Below, piece by piece: positions 1 through 14,249 of a stretch of 64,000 bases of DNA; the stretch's first letter is position 1; the number at the start of each line of letters is the position of its first letter. The translations under genes and the position numbers were made by a program. The DNA is from the human T2T-CHM13v2.0 reference genome, Homo sapiens. The notes under the pieces were generated by a model, which made no database searches, was not told where the DNA came from, and worked only from the letters and a program-made list of their open reading frames with translations. The DNA lies in NCBI RefSeq assembly GCF_009914755.1, contig NC_060940.1, one strand, 5' to 3'.

Positions 1-180
1 ACACTGGGGCCTGTTGTGGGGTGGGGGGAGGGGGAAGGGATAGCATTAGGAGATATACCTGATGTTAAATGAAGAGTTAATGGGTGCAGCACACCAACAT
101 GGCACGTGTATACATATGTAACAAACCTGCACGTTGTGCACATGGACCCTAAAACTTAAAGTATAATAATAAAAACAAAA
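1..180 (+). mobile_element. L1PA (approx. PA4-5) 3' end, cut by the window edge
   Basis: G-rich tract, gggatagcattaggagatatacct...aacttaaagtataataataaa and A-tail. Confidence 0.92.
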
Positions 181-439
181 GAAGTGCCACAAAGAAGTGC
201 AAATAATTATGTGTAAAGTTGGAGAAGGGAAAACGGTATACTTGGCACTTTTCAAGGCACTATGTATCACAGAAAAAGAAAAATGTTCACTAATCTCAGG
301 CAACTTTAAGCCCATACTGGCAGTTTATCAATGCCAGTACATTTGAAGAAAGAAAGATTAAAACATGTCAATTTTCAGAGTAAGACTATAAAGGGTTTAT
401 TCCCTTGAAGGTGAGATCTGAGAAGTCAGTTTAACAGTT

Positions 440-718
440 CAAACTGGGCAGTTTCTGGGAAAGCTTTATTGAGCTCTCAGCCAGTGGTCTCCTGCTTGCA
501 GCCTTGGTCTATGGCACCTCAGTGAACTTCTCTACCATCCAGTGGGGTAGAACCACCTACTCTGCATCAGGTGTGAATCTCTTCCTATATTCTTTCTAGT
601 TCTCTTTATTCCTCATTAACCAGTCCCCTGACACTCATTAATAACCATTTTGTATTAAACCTTTCCAGTTCAGATGACGTTATAGCTTCTGTCTCTTCAC
701 TGGACCCTGACTGATACC
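440..718 (+). mobile_element. Probable old ERVL-class LTR remnant
   Basis: Ends attaaacc...ctgtctcttcactggaccctgactgatac, resembling ERVL/MLT2-type LTR 3' termini. Left boundary uncertain. Confidence 0.4.
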
Positions 719-1299
719 CATGCCATTTTATGTCCACATCCCCCCACATCCTGCCCACTCTGTTACATTGTTTCTTAGTTTAATAAATGCTCCAAGAGGC
801 ATTAGGTTAATTTTGTTTAACTGAGAGTTTCCTAGGTTTGCTGGACCACAAGACATTTTTATAGCTAACCACCTGTTATTCGAGTACCTTAAAGTACACT
901 GGTATTTAATGGATCAGTTTGGGAAATGTTGCTTAGGGGACTCATGGCTAATCTAATTGTTTCCTAAGAAGGTGAAAAGTGCTTGCAGCCTCCAAAGGCA
1001 CTAATTTTGATTCACTACATTATTGAATATCTACAGTGTTCAGGACACAGCATCACCAGAAAGCTTATAATAAATGGAAATGTGAATGTCAAAAAATGTC
1101 ATGGGGAATTTTAGGATGCTGTGGAAAAAGAAAGGAGTGAGAAATTCAATTTATTAGGGGAAGTACTAGGGAAAACTTTCTGGAAGCAAGGACATGTGAA
1201 TTCAATCTTCGAAAATAAGCAGATTTTGATGGAGATGCATATAATGGAGTGGGCCAGGGTAGGAAAAATAGGCAGGTAGGGTAGGAGGCAAAGACCTGT

Positions 1300-1830
1300 G
1301 GTTATTAGGACTCCCATGCTACCACTGACAAAAATCCAACTTAATGACTTAAGCAGAAAAAGGAATTTATTGGCATGAATAATTAAGAAGTCCAATTCAT
1401 GCTGCAGGCACAGCTGGATCCAGAGACTTAAATCATGTCACCAGACTCAGGTTTACTCTTTGATTTCCTGGTTTCACTTTTCTCAATTGGACACCATTTC
1501 CACTCATGGAGTGTCTCTCCTAGAGTTAGTTGTTATGTTTGATTCTGAGCAACCTTAGAAAAATTAAGGATTATCTTTTTCCTAAGCGATCTAGAAAAAA
1601 AAAAACTCACAGAATTCAGTTCAATAGACTGTGACTGAGTCACATGTCCATCTGTAAGCCTATTCTTGTGAGTAATAAGACGTGATGCTCTCAGTGGCCA
1701 GGCCTGGTTCACACATCTATCCTTGGGCCAAAAATGGAGTCAGCAACATCCATGCCACATAAATGAAGGAACACCAGGAGGCAGTTACCAAAAGAAGAAT
1801 GGCTACCAGACAAGCAAAAAGAAAAAGAAA
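1300..1830 (-). mobile_element. MLT1 (MaLR LTR, J/K-like)
   Basis: acttaagcagaaaaaggaatttattggc...aggcacagctggatccagagactt is the reverse of an MLT1 3' end. Confidence 0.65.
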
Positions 1831-3589
1831 AAGGAGAGCTTATACTTCCATGGGGAAAGAGTAGAAGATGGAATTTTATGATGCTAAACTTGATGCTGAA
1901 AAGAATGACCCAAAGAATTCAGGTTGATCAGGTTTGTAAGTGAAATCATTTGATACTTGAAAAATAGAAAAGTCTTGCCTAACTCTAAGGCACACACATT
2001 AACCTTCTCAGATTAGCAAAACTAAGTAGAGATCTAAAGTCAGTTTCCCTACATCAGAGGAGACACCAGGAAGGTTTGGAATTTCCAGAATGCCTGGAGA
2101 GAACATCACTCTGGTATTTTGTGAGCAACTTTAATGTTCACAAGGACAGAAGGCACTAAAAATAGAACAAGAGATGGCATTGCTGCCTGACAGTGGGTTC
2201 ATACAGCTGATATTAGATACCAATGTACAATGCAAAAATAAGGACACCAAACATTACCCAATCTGAATGAGGTTTTTTCTCAATTTCTCATTACCTAGAA
2301 GGCTTAATATCACATTAACCAACTAAAGCTGCCACAATGCTGATGGGCCCTGGTGAGGAACTGCTAACAAGATCTGAACATGCTTAATAAAATGACCAAC
2401 TCTCACTGATTTATAGCCAACTAATTACCGGGCAAATATCCAGGCTGTGTTCTCCCTGCTGGAATTGATAGCAGGCTGTCAATGTGAAAAGGGACAAAAA
2501 GGCAGTTCAGAGTTGAAAAATAAGAAGAAATGTTTGATATATTAGAGTGGACACTGTTACTCTCTATCAAGTTATCTTGGGATGTCTAGAGTCATACTGT
2601 CAGCCAAGTGCAGACTGTTATTTTTAGGGGAATCTAGAGTTACTTAGAATCCCATCCACATACAAAATATTGGAAAGGGGTGGTAAAGGCTATTGTAAAG
2701 TTTGGCTCTCGGGAGAAAAGAAAACAGAAAGCATACTAGGGCTGTAGAAATCAGTTGCCTTACTGCAGAGATCCCTTATTTCTTACAAAGAATGTGCATT
2801 TTGGAAACCTCTGTCTACGGCATTGTTATTCATTTGGGGAGCACTGTGTCACAAATTTTCTAATGCACAAGACTGAAGTTTAAATGAGAGATTTCTGGTT
2901 AAATAAAAGACTACCCAAGCAACTGACCACTGAAGTTTGCTGCTTTTGCAAGAACATCCAGGTACATCAGTAGACACACCTCACTTAAGCAGGCAGAAGC
3001 TAGCTACCAGTGGCTTGGAATTAAGAGACTGAACAAAAACAGAACATCTCACTGACTGTGTGCTCAAAAGCAAAACAAAACAAAACCAAAAAACCATTTG
3101 ACCTGGCCTTTCTTGACCCAGCTGTCAAGGGGATCATGACAGGGGATCATGGTGCTTTTCCAATTTAGCCTCATTTATCTCATATATCAATGTTACATCT
3201 AAAGATGAACACAGGGCATCCTTGCACAAAGGGGATATTGACCAACAAGGCTTGGGGCATTGGCAAGTTTCTGAAAATGAAATGATAGGAAAAAAATAAG
3301 GTGTCAGGCATATAATAGGTCACATACATCTGCAAAAACAATAGCTACAGCTTGTCAATTTTCTTAAAAGGCCAGAGTCCCTCATTTGTTATGTTTTTCT
3401 TCTTTCCAGGGAAAATGAATGTAGAGCATATTCTAGTATGGAGTCTTCCCCCACTCAGCTATGAGCTGAGTTCAATTAGCTCATCTACTTCTGGTGTATG
3501 CATCTACGGTTTCTTTCCTCTTCTGATTTCAACATGTAATACCCTTTGTCTGGTCCCTCAAGAAATGATATATTTTCAAATTCATAGTC

Positions 3590-4150
3590 TTTTATTGTAA
3601 GCAATAGAAATGAACACTAGTAAAGTAAATAAATAAAGACAAAAGAGGAGGTAGTAGGCTTATTTATGGAATGAAGAGTGGAACACTTGCAAGGACTTGG
3701 GAAGGAAGGACCAAGCCTGCTAAGGAAATCCCACAGTGAAAATTCCTAAACCTTCTCTAACAAGCATTTTCCAAGTCAACTTGATGATAGGACTCACTTA
3801 GAAGTGTTTGTTAAAACACTGATTGCTGGGTCTAACCCACACCTGCTGAATCAGAACTTTGGGCCGGGGGTATGCTGGGATCTGTATATTTAATAGAAAA
3901 GACCAAGAAACACTGAAGACAGTGCTAATATTAACTCCACTCCATTGAACCTCAGGCTCTGCTTCAACTGGCAAATTCCAGGAAGGGATAAGCTGATTGG
4001 CTCACCCACGGACAGGTGTCTGCCCCTGAGTCCATCAGCTATGGCCAGAAAGACTGTGTATTGAAAAACACTGTCCAGTGTGTCACGGGCCAGTGCCAGA
4101 GAAGGAGAAATCACCAAGAGCAGAGAATCACTGCTAAGTAGTGTCTATTA
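3590..4150 (-). mobile_element. MLT1-like LTR interrupted by a MER5-like hAT MITE (~3760-3895)
   Basis: MLT1-type ctgattggctcacc...ggtgtctgcccctgagtccatcagctatggccag. MER5 motif tgctgaatcagaact...atctgtatattttaa. Confidence 0.5.
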
Positions 4151-5069
4151 CCAACAAAATAAGCCAAAGCTATGTACATTTCACTATCCAGTCTTTAAAT
4201 CTCATTTAGCATTCTGAAATATTATATCAACTATTTTTTGAAATTATAAAATGATGCTGTGCTGGAAAATTGGAGGAAGTATCCCGGTGGCAAATCCAAC
4301 CTTGATCAAGAGTTTGCATGGAGCAAGAGGAAAACAGCCAAGACACAGAGGCTTACAGTGACGAATGCTACATCTAAGACATCTCGGACACCACTTATAC
4401 TATGGAGGGCTACCCCTCTTCCCAACCTCCAAGCCCCCACCCTGAAATGTCCCCAAATTGGAGTGCAATCAAGTCATGAAGTCAGTGTACAAGCTTGGGA
4501 AAGCCCCAGCACCCCACTCCTGGCTGGCTTTTGGGGGTTACCATCCATGTCTTCTGCTCTTCCCCCGGAGGCCCCATGGCCACTGATTTTGCCAAATGAT
4601 GGCAGCTTAACAGACAGTCTTCTTTGTCCGCAAGGTCTTAGTCACTGTGAAAGTTCAATAGAAAGTTTTGCTGCAGGCATATTTTCAAATGCCAGGAAAG
4701 CATCTGACAGTGTTGGGTGTTTGGAGGGCTATTGTTAGGAAGATTAAGTGCTGCCCTATGTTCAATCATTTATTCAACAGCCACATGGGGAAGCTAACAA
4801 GAGGAGGCAAGTGTGATATGGATGTTTGGTGGGTTTTGCAAAGGAGAGTTTTTCTTCTTATTTTATGCATAAAGCCAAGGAGGGAATCTGAACAAGAGGC
4901 AGGTCATATGGCCTCACTTTGAAGAATAGACTGTTGGAGTTGACTCTAGGCAATGTCCTCACATAAAAGGCAGGCTGAGAGTAAGAGAACACCTTCCAAA
5001 AGCCATAAAACTAATTATTTTGGCCTAAACCAAAAGTGAGTTTTTCCTTTTCCCAGACTCCTGATAAAT

Positions 5070-5649
5070 GCTTTGTTATCAGCCAACTCTCTGAAAAGAA
5101 TTTTCTTTGCAATTCCACTCACTTTTCTTTTGACAACAGGGGTCTCATTTTTCACAGGAGAAGCACTTCTCTCTGTTCTTAACCCACGTACTTCTCATGG
5201 AGTTGAACGCATCCTCAGTTCCAGGGATGAGCAGGTGACTTAAGCCTAACAAATTAGATCAGTACCCTACACTAGCTCATCGTCATTGCTTTATACTTGA
5301 GCACAAGACCCAATTAGACCCAGCTAAACACAGAGATTTTATTGAGGTGGTGAGAGAAGAGACCATTCTCTTTTCTGCTGGAAATGCTAGCAGTACAGAT
5401 ATTTGAGCTGGGCTTCCAGAAGTCATTGAGTGAAAACAGAGAATGAAAACACCCCAGTAGAACACAGAACAAAGACATAGAGAGAAAATGAGTGCTGATG
5501 ACATGTTTGCACTCTTGGCACCAGTTGTGTCTGAAGCTACTTATGTCCCTGGACTTCACAGTTATACAAGCAAATAAATGCGCTTACTTTCCCTCAGCCA
5601 ATTTGATTTGTGTTTTTATCTCTTGTAATTGAGAGTCCTAATTAAAACA
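5070..5649 (+). mobile_element. MLT1 (MaLR LTR, J/K-like)
   Basis: cctggacttcacagttatacaagcaaataaat...tcttgtaattgagagtcctaattaaaaca terminus. Confidence 0.7.
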
Positions 5650-6461
5650 GGAATAAACAGAATAATGCATTGTGTTAAGTTCTATTTCTTTTAAAACTAT
5701 TGAGCACGTGCTTTGGGCTTCTGAAGAAGTAGAAGGCATTGTCCTTCTGAAGTGCTAAAGGAAAGACAGTGTTTATACATGCACAAAGTATAGCATAATA
5801 TCTACTTATAGCAATAAAAAGGGGTTTATGTAGCAAATGAAATACAGAAGGGCTGAGGTGGTCCAAAGAGAAAAGTCAACATGGAAGGCACAGGTGTAGT
5901 TTTCTTGGAGGAGAGATAAGCTGGGTCAATGTCAAATTTGGTTATTTCTTCCCCCGCTTAGCCAGATGGGCTTGGGCCAAAGGGTTTATGCTTGAGACAG
6001 CAGTAAGAGTCTTGGCCAACACCACAATCCTCTTAGATGCCACTGGGAAATCTAACAATTCAGCTTCCCCTCCCACGTGCTTTTTGGTGTGTTGGATTTG
6101 GAGAGCTCTCCAGATGCTCCAGGGTTAAGTCAGATCAGCTATAGTCATCTCAATATCCCCCTACAATAACTTTGAAGATGCACTATTCTTGAACTCTGCG
6201 TCCTATTACTGACTTCACATAAAAATTATCTAGAAATCAGTCAATCAACATCTTTAAGCGTCTATTGTGGGCCCACCTTGTGATGAGGGGAATGTAAACA
6301 TTCATGTGTAAGACACGGACCCTGTATCCCATGAGCTTTACAATCAGTAGTGACCTATATAACAAATTAGATTATCAGCAAATGCTTGTATGTGTACCCA
6401 ATAAAGTGCAATGGTTAGCATGAAAAGAGGGAGGATCAGAATGTCAGCTCCCTACATGATT

Positions 6462-6826
6462 CAGCCATAAAAAAGAATGAAATCACATCTTTTGCAGCAA
6501 CATGGATGGAACTGGAGGTCATTATCTTCAGTTAAATAAACCAAGCATAGGAAGTCAACCATCATATGTTCTCACTCATAAGTGGGTACTAAAAAATGTG
6601 TACACGTGTGCATAGAGAGTGGAGTGATAGATAGTGGAGACTGGGATGGATGAGGGGATGGGAGAGAGGTACATGATGAGAAGTTGTTAATGGGTACGAC
6701 ATATGTTAATCAGGTGATGAATACCCTAAAAGCCTTGACTTGACTGCTATGCAAACCATGCATTTAACAAAATTGTTCATATAACCCATCAACTTGTACA
6801 AATAAAATAATAATAATAGCAATAAT
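6462..6826 (+). mobile_element. Older L1 3' end (L1PB/L1MA-type)
   Basis: cagccataaaaaagaatgaaatc...gcagcaacatggatggaactggagg (ORF2 end) to an aataaa/(taa)n tail. Confidence 0.85.
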
Positions 6827-7559
6827 CATACATTTTAAAAAGCTACCTGAAAGCAAAGCTTGCATTTCAGGCAATTTGTTCCCTGCTAGATCCAATACAG
6901 AACCTTACAAAGGCTCACTCCATATATTGCTGGGGATTATAGAAGATTTACTGAAGAAGGTGTCTGGGAGTAATATTTGGAATATACAGCCCAGAGTGAT
7001 GGGCAATGCTCTGCTTCTAAATGTGGAAGATTTCATCGTGTGGGGAAAATGCCATAACTGTCATTGAAGACTGTGGTTTGAATGGTTTGGCTGGACTTCC
7101 AAAGCCTTCTGTACATTCACAAGTGAGTGAAAGATGAGAGGCTAAGTTTCTGTATATTGGACTCTGAAAACATTTCTTCTTTCTACCCCTCCTAGTCTTG
7201 TCGTATTCATTAAAAATCAGAAATAAGAGTGAAGATTGGACAAATAACTGCAATGCATTAATTACTTTGGGTAAAGGAAATCAAAGGTCTTTAAGAACGA
7301 GTGACTTCCCCCTGCAATGGGAGGTTTCCTAGGTCATCTCACTCTCTCTCACATACTATATTCTATCCAAGACCTGAAATATCATTACTCCTTCACAGTA
7401 CATCATCCCAGCATATTTTGGAATGTCCCTCTTTGCTGAGCAGTGGTTGGGTGGATTGACAATATGTGTGTTCAGCCTACCTTTCTATGTGCCCTATGTT
7501 CTCTCCTATCGCAGCCCTCACCAAACTGTTTTGTAATTACTTTTGTCTATAATTTGCTG

Positions 7560-8650
7560 GATCTGCTGGCCTCTGCGCTTGTTCCTCTATGGTTTATCCT
7601 CAACCCAGCATCCAGAATGATCTGTCTTAAACAAAAGGCAGATTGTGTCAGTCGACTGTTCAAAATTCTCCATTGACTTCATTTCTCACTCACAGTAAAA
7701 TCGCAAGCCCTAAGAATGACCTAGAAGACCCTATACCAGTGGTTCTCCTACTAATAGGAAATTAACAAAACCTAGAGAGGCTTATGAAAAACAAACAAGC
7801 AAGCAATGTCAATGCTGCACCCACCCAAAACTAATTACATCAATTCCTGGAGCTGTTATTTTTCTAAAAGGCCCCCCAGGTAATTCTTTTTAATGTTATT
7901 ATTATGGAGAATTTTGAACATACACTAAAGTAGACAAGCTAGCACTTTGACCTCTGTGTATCCATCATCCAGCCATCTCTCAACCCATGGCCAATCCTGC
8001 CCCCTCCACATCCCCATACAGTTCCCCTGTCTTGTATTACTATGGAGCAAATTCAGACATCATTGCATTATCCAGGTAGTCATTATCTAGATTATCAATA
8101 TCTATAAATATTTCAGAATGCAACTCAATAAATTAAGAATTCATTTTTCTTCCAACATAACCACAATGTCATTAACACATCTAAGGAAGAATGTACAGCT
8201 ATTGTGATCCACTGCAAGGATGGAGAACCACTGCCCTACACAGCCTGCCTTGGGGCTTCCCATTTAGACCTCATCCACTGCTTTTTCTCTCTTTCATTCC
8301 CCTCAAACCACAGGGGCTGCCTTGCAGCATCTCAAACACTGCATACCTGGGAGCCTTTAGTCACCTTTTCTCTGTCTAGGTTGATCTTCTCCCATATAAA
8401 CACACAGATTCATCCTTCATCCATTGTCAGTTTTTCAATAAGCCCCTCCTTGTCTACCCTATTTAAACTTGTAGCTCATCCCCTATCCACCTCATACCCT
8501 CCTTCTCCCCCTTCCATGCTTATTTTTATTCATGGCATTTATTGGGTTCCCAAATACTTACTGAATAAAACTGCATTCCCCCATCAGAATATAACTCCAT
8601 GAGAGAAGGCTCCATGTAAATATTTGCTAAATGAATGCGTAAGTGAATGA
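7560..8650 (+). mobile_element. L2 fragments with nested MER5-like (~7737-7887) and old L1M (minus, ~7890-8185) pieces
   Basis: L2 motifs (cagcatccagaatgatctg, ending aatatttgctaaatgaatgcgtaagtgaatga) and a ccagtggttctc MER5 terminus. Confidence 0.6.
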
Positions 8651-11369
8651 CTCAATTGGATAATATTATGCTGGCATGTAAGCCAATGAGATGATGGGAT
8701 AAAGGGTAAAAAGTCAAATAAATAGATACTCTATTTTATAAAGCTTAGAGAAAAACAACAACGTTTGTAAACATGACAAGGTGAGAATAATTAATAGGTA
8801 ATGCATTCACAGCAAGCTATTAATGGAAGCTAGAATGTTTGAAATAAAATCCTAAGCACTGAGGTTGACATCAGAAAGCACAACGGTTCGCTTTTATTAA
8901 CAGTCCCTTGGGCTACTTGCACCATAGAATTAAGCCAGGTTGGTAAAAAGTGGTACTATACAATCATAAAGAAACAGCTGTAATGTGTAGGTCAAACTTA
9001 GCAGTACATAAATATGTATGCTTGTGTTCCACCTGCAAAAAAAAAAAATTAGGGTGAGCCAGTCCAGACTCAGGTAGGCGAAACCCCAAGCATCCTTGCT
9101 CACTAAGCATTCACATTCTCTTTCTCAGGAACTCTGATCCTGGAGTTCACTGTATGTGTTGTTGCTCTCATTGAGTCAGTAGCCTTCTTGGCCATCTTCC
9201 AGGTGTAGGAAACAGCAAGATAGCTGAGAATCTCCTAAAGGCTGAAGCTACACACTCAGGTGTAAAGGTACTAAAGCCATACTTCACTGCCTCCCTCCTC
9301 CAGGGCCAAGGAGGACATTTGGAAGCATTCTCTTTGGAAACCATACCTAAGACAGGTTGTTTCAGTTCAGACTTGGAACATTAAGTCTTGGCTTCCAATA
9401 TAACAAGAGAGCTTACTCTCACTCTCCCAGGCTGCTAAGGCACAAGATGTCCTGTTTGTCATCTGGCAGATAAATATTCAAAGGCACCATCATTACGACA
9501 ACAGAAGATGGGCTTGCGCGAGTAATGGTCTCCAGCCTGGCATGTGCTCCTCTGCATTAGGAATCATGGAAATTGGAGAGGGGTCCAGACAATAAAGATG
9601 CTTCTCACTCTCAGTGCTAACATAGCACATATTGGACATCTCTTGAAACTACTGTGTCATCAAAGCTTAGCAATTAGCCTCCAGAGTAACAGGCAAAAGT
9701 TTAGCAATGGATGCCACCCATGAGTAGGAGCAAAGGAGGGCATGATTTCCATACCCATTACAGGTGTGTTAGAAAACAAAACTATCACAAAATCATTTAT
9801 TCTGAAGTTCGCTTCCTGTGCTCTACTGTTCCCTGCATGAAGAGTTGCCATGCTTATGAACACAGACCTGTTTTGCATATGCAATTAAAAAGAAATGAAG
9901 TTTCACTTAAAACTCTAATGAATTTTATTTTTGGTTGTTTTGTAGCTTGGGGGTGATAGGGACATAGGCTTATCTTTCTATTAGAAAACATAGGAGATTA
10001 TGCACATAACAATTAGACACTATAGATTCACTAATTTCATCCAGAAATATTAAAATAAGCATTATGCTAATGTGCCAATTGCCATAATTTGGCCCAACAG
10101 AACTCTCCTTTGCTCACTTGGAGAAAGATAGAGAACTGTGTATTTGCCACAGAACATGCCCGTTCTTCTCTTCTCTTTTGTATCTGCCAAAATATTGTTA
10201 TCCACATTCATTCATTCATTTGGGTGGTCCAATGCAGTTGACTTCTCAAGTCCACAGGTGACTAGAAGGGGAGCTTGCTACTGCGGGTGAGTAAGGGCAG
10301 CTGATTCCCCTAAGGATGCAAGAAGGAGAACCCGGCCTTTTATATTTGCAACTTCGCCAAACCTTGTGTAAGTTTGTAAACACCATAAAATATGTTATGA
10401 TGTTTACAGCATATGTCTCTTATTGTTAAGAACTATTGTGGAAGTATAAGCGAGTCTACTTCTTAAAATATTTTTTATATAATAGTTATGGCATTCAATT
10501 ATACAATAGTAATTGTGAATAATTATACCAAACCCCAGTCTGTTTTATGACTACTTCTCACGCTGAGCTCACATACTCTATATAAACACCATCTGTATCA
10601 AACATAAAACTCTTAGTTGTTGTAAGAATACGGGCTTACAAAATGTAGCTTATTAGTTCTGGGGCCAAGCAGTTTCATGGCTATTGCGTAGGCTTCCACA
10701 ATCCACATGAATCCGATGATCTTCTCCAGCTGTGTTCCGTTTCTTTGACTTGAAGCCTGGTTACCTTGATAGCATAGGATCATGGCAGAAATCATGGCCC
10801 ACATGCCTGGAATGTTGACACACCTCTACAGTTCTGTTCAGCATTAAGTGCACTTACTTTGTGCTACAGATTTCTGCTCATTTCCTATATGTGTGATACA
10901 GATTTAGGTCCTTAAATTTGGCCAACAGGAATGCTTCCTAAATTTCCCTTCATGAAGTGCTATCAGGGTCTTTCGGTGCCCCTTCCAAGCTGTTCCTCCA
11001 GAAATCATCAAATGAAGTTTTCCCCCTGAAGAGGCCCCCTCACTATGTAAAAAGTTTTAACAATTAAACAGAACAGCAACTTTTAAAATATGACTGATCT
11101 CTGAACAATCTTTGGTCTAAGAATTTAAATCTCTATTGACAGCTATCTAACCTACTCAAGACAGCCTGACTTTGAGAAGACTGAACAAAGTACACATTTT
11201 GTCTCCAACAGATAAGTGGTTCTTCATCAGGAAACAAACTTCAAATACAACCTGCAAATAAACAAAAATATCTTCTCAGAAATTTAACCCAATCTAAGAA
11301 AGATAAGCTGTGCCCATTCTCAAAAGTCATTCTGCTCAGATTTGTTGCTTGTCTTTAGCCATTGACTAA

Positions 11370-11725
<356 letters not shown>

Positions 11726-13900
11726 TTTAGCATATTTTAGTCTTGAAAATTTTCCTTATTAGAAAGCCTGATCTCCTTGCTAACTAAGACTTTAGGATTT
11801 AAGCTATGAAAAAACATACTGTTTCTTCTCTCTTTTTTTTGTTACCAAATTTCTACCTCCAAGCAGCATAAGCAAAGGTTTTGTTGCATGCAAAAGGATA
11901 TTGCATTTCCCCCATGGAATTAGTTTCTGATTTGGAAAGAACTATAGCTATATTCACATTGTTTGGCCAAAATATTCTGAACATCATTTAAAAGATGAAA
12001 GCTAGGTATGCCAGCATTTGGACACAATTTATAAAAGTGTTATTATGGACAAAATGGTGCCATTCCTTCCAGGTAACTGTCCAAATATCCAAAGATGGAT
12101 GTCTTAATTTGGCATCCAAAATACACACAAGGGGTCAGACTGTATGTAGGTAATTTCCTCCGATGCTATTATTTGTCCCCTGGGATCCCACATACGCAAT
12201 ACCAATTATAGAGGAGAGGATTAAGAATAGGCCAAAAGGGTGAGGGCTGCAACAGCAGGCCTGAATGATTTGGACTAAGATCTTATATCAAATTTGCAAA
12301 TTACCAATTAAGGCAGGTTTAGAACATGGCATCATTTTTGCTCACTGTGACAAACTGGAAATTAAGGCTCTCTCTGCATGTCAGAAGGATGACAGTAATG
12401 ACAGAACAAGAAATGCTATCAGAAGCATCTTTCCTGGTAACAATATATCCTTAGACACAAGGCAAACTGCCTGGTAAGAAAAAATAAGCCAAAAATCTGA
12501 AAATAAACATAAGACCTGGATCTCAAAAAAACCACTACTCAGTTGCCTCTGGATACGTCACTCAAACACCTTGCAAATTAAAGCCTCAAATACCAGAATG
12601 CTCATACCTGGTGTCTGGATGAATATGTTCAAAACTGTCATTCACTTCTACCAGTTTTAGCACGTGACCATTTTCAAGGTAGCTTTAGTGTGCTGTTCAT
12701 TTAAAACTAAGACAATAATAAAATCTTGTGGACTTGGGACATATCTCCTTTGACAAATGAGTGGTAGCATGCACCGCACTTAGTAAGGGGCATGTGGTCT
12801 CAGAAATTGAATGGTAACTCATGAAGTAGTATACAGTGTTGTTACTGCATAATTCCTGGGAAGATACATCCCCTATACTGTTAGATTTTTCATGCTCAAC
12901 ATTGGAGCGGTTCATTGGATTCCTTAAGTAATGTATAACAATGAACACCTACCCGATGCTCACCCATCTCAAGCTTCCTTAAATCTTGTTTTTCTTTTTA
13001 AACGTATAGAAGGATACTATGCCTTGGCACTTTTGTAGTACCTCCAGCCATAACACTTGAACCCCACAAGGCAAAGCTGTTTGCTTGACTATAAAAGAAT
13101 GACAGAGAAGTAGGGAAAATAGACTGGAAACCATTCACACCAAAAAAAGTGCCATGTGGCATTAAGTCCCATTGAGAACGTCGGCTACTACTTGTGGCAT
13201 TCACTCTGCCTTACTGCCTGCCTCGCCATGTGGAAAGCACGGACTAATGTTTCTGTTCAGTGTTGTGATGGATGTTTCATCTAGCTAGCTACACACACAA
13301 ACATATATTTACACATCTTATATACAAATATATGATAGGCATAAATCTATATCAAATATATATGTCATACATATATGAATATTTGACCTAGAGCGAGGAC
13401 ATATCCATTCCATTTCTGGCTGTCCCTCTTAAAAACAAAGAGATATTGAAACAAGCCACCACCACCCCTCTGTTCCTCAGTTTCCTAATTTGTTACATGA
13501 GGTTAACTCTACCCTACCTAGAAAGGGAACCAAATGAAGTAATACACAGAAAACTGCTTTGAAAAGTCCAGAGTGCTATACAAATGCCAGGGATAATGAT
13601 ATGTTTCACAAAAGAGCATTATTCCTTTGCTAAGAAGGGTACATCCACATTCACGTTTTCTGTGAAGGTTCTTCTTTGAAATTAAATTGAGACCGTAACC
13701 AACATCTCTCCCAGTGCTGCCTGAGGTTTTACTCAGCAACAAAGCAAGGGCTTCTTTCATCCTTCATCACATTTGAGTTCAAGCACCAAGAGGTACTTTT
13801 TACCAGTGGTGAAAATAGCTTTCTTTTCACAGCAGAAACACAGAAAATGATCTCTCTCTTGATGCTAATGGAAGGATAAGGCTTATTCTACAGTTGCCAC

Positions 13901-13922
13901 CACACACACACACACACACACA
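13901..13922. repeat. (CA)11 microsatellite
   Basis: Direct reading. Confidence 0.9.
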
Positions 13923-14249
13923 TGAAAAAAACACCTTGATTGATTTGCTTTGGCTTTGTTGATGGTGTGTTCTTGCACCAGGAAGATGGGAGTGTCATGA
14001 GAAAGAGGAGAAAGCACATGAAGCGACGGCTTCATTTATCCATATGAATAATTAAATATTGAGATACATTTTCAAGTGGTCATCTTGTTCCACTTTTCTT
14101 TCAGCTTTCGGTGTCCCCTGGACACTCCCTTAAAAAAATAGATTAAACCCTTCAGCCTTCATGCATTCAATTAATTCTCATCATACCTGCCTTATTTGGA
14201 TGCCTTCAGTGCTTTTTGAGTTCATCATAATTCCCCAGCAGATCTTCTA

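Noticed and set aside
3128-3151. Short direct repeats (also 29829-29861, 31791-31831, 52746-52771)
   Set aside because: Two-copy slippage duplications with no spacer structure; not CRISPR-like or otherwise organised.
4259-4738. 159-aa plus-strand ORF
   Set aside because: Non-ATG start, no recognisable domain and no exon context. Compatible with chance in 64 kb.
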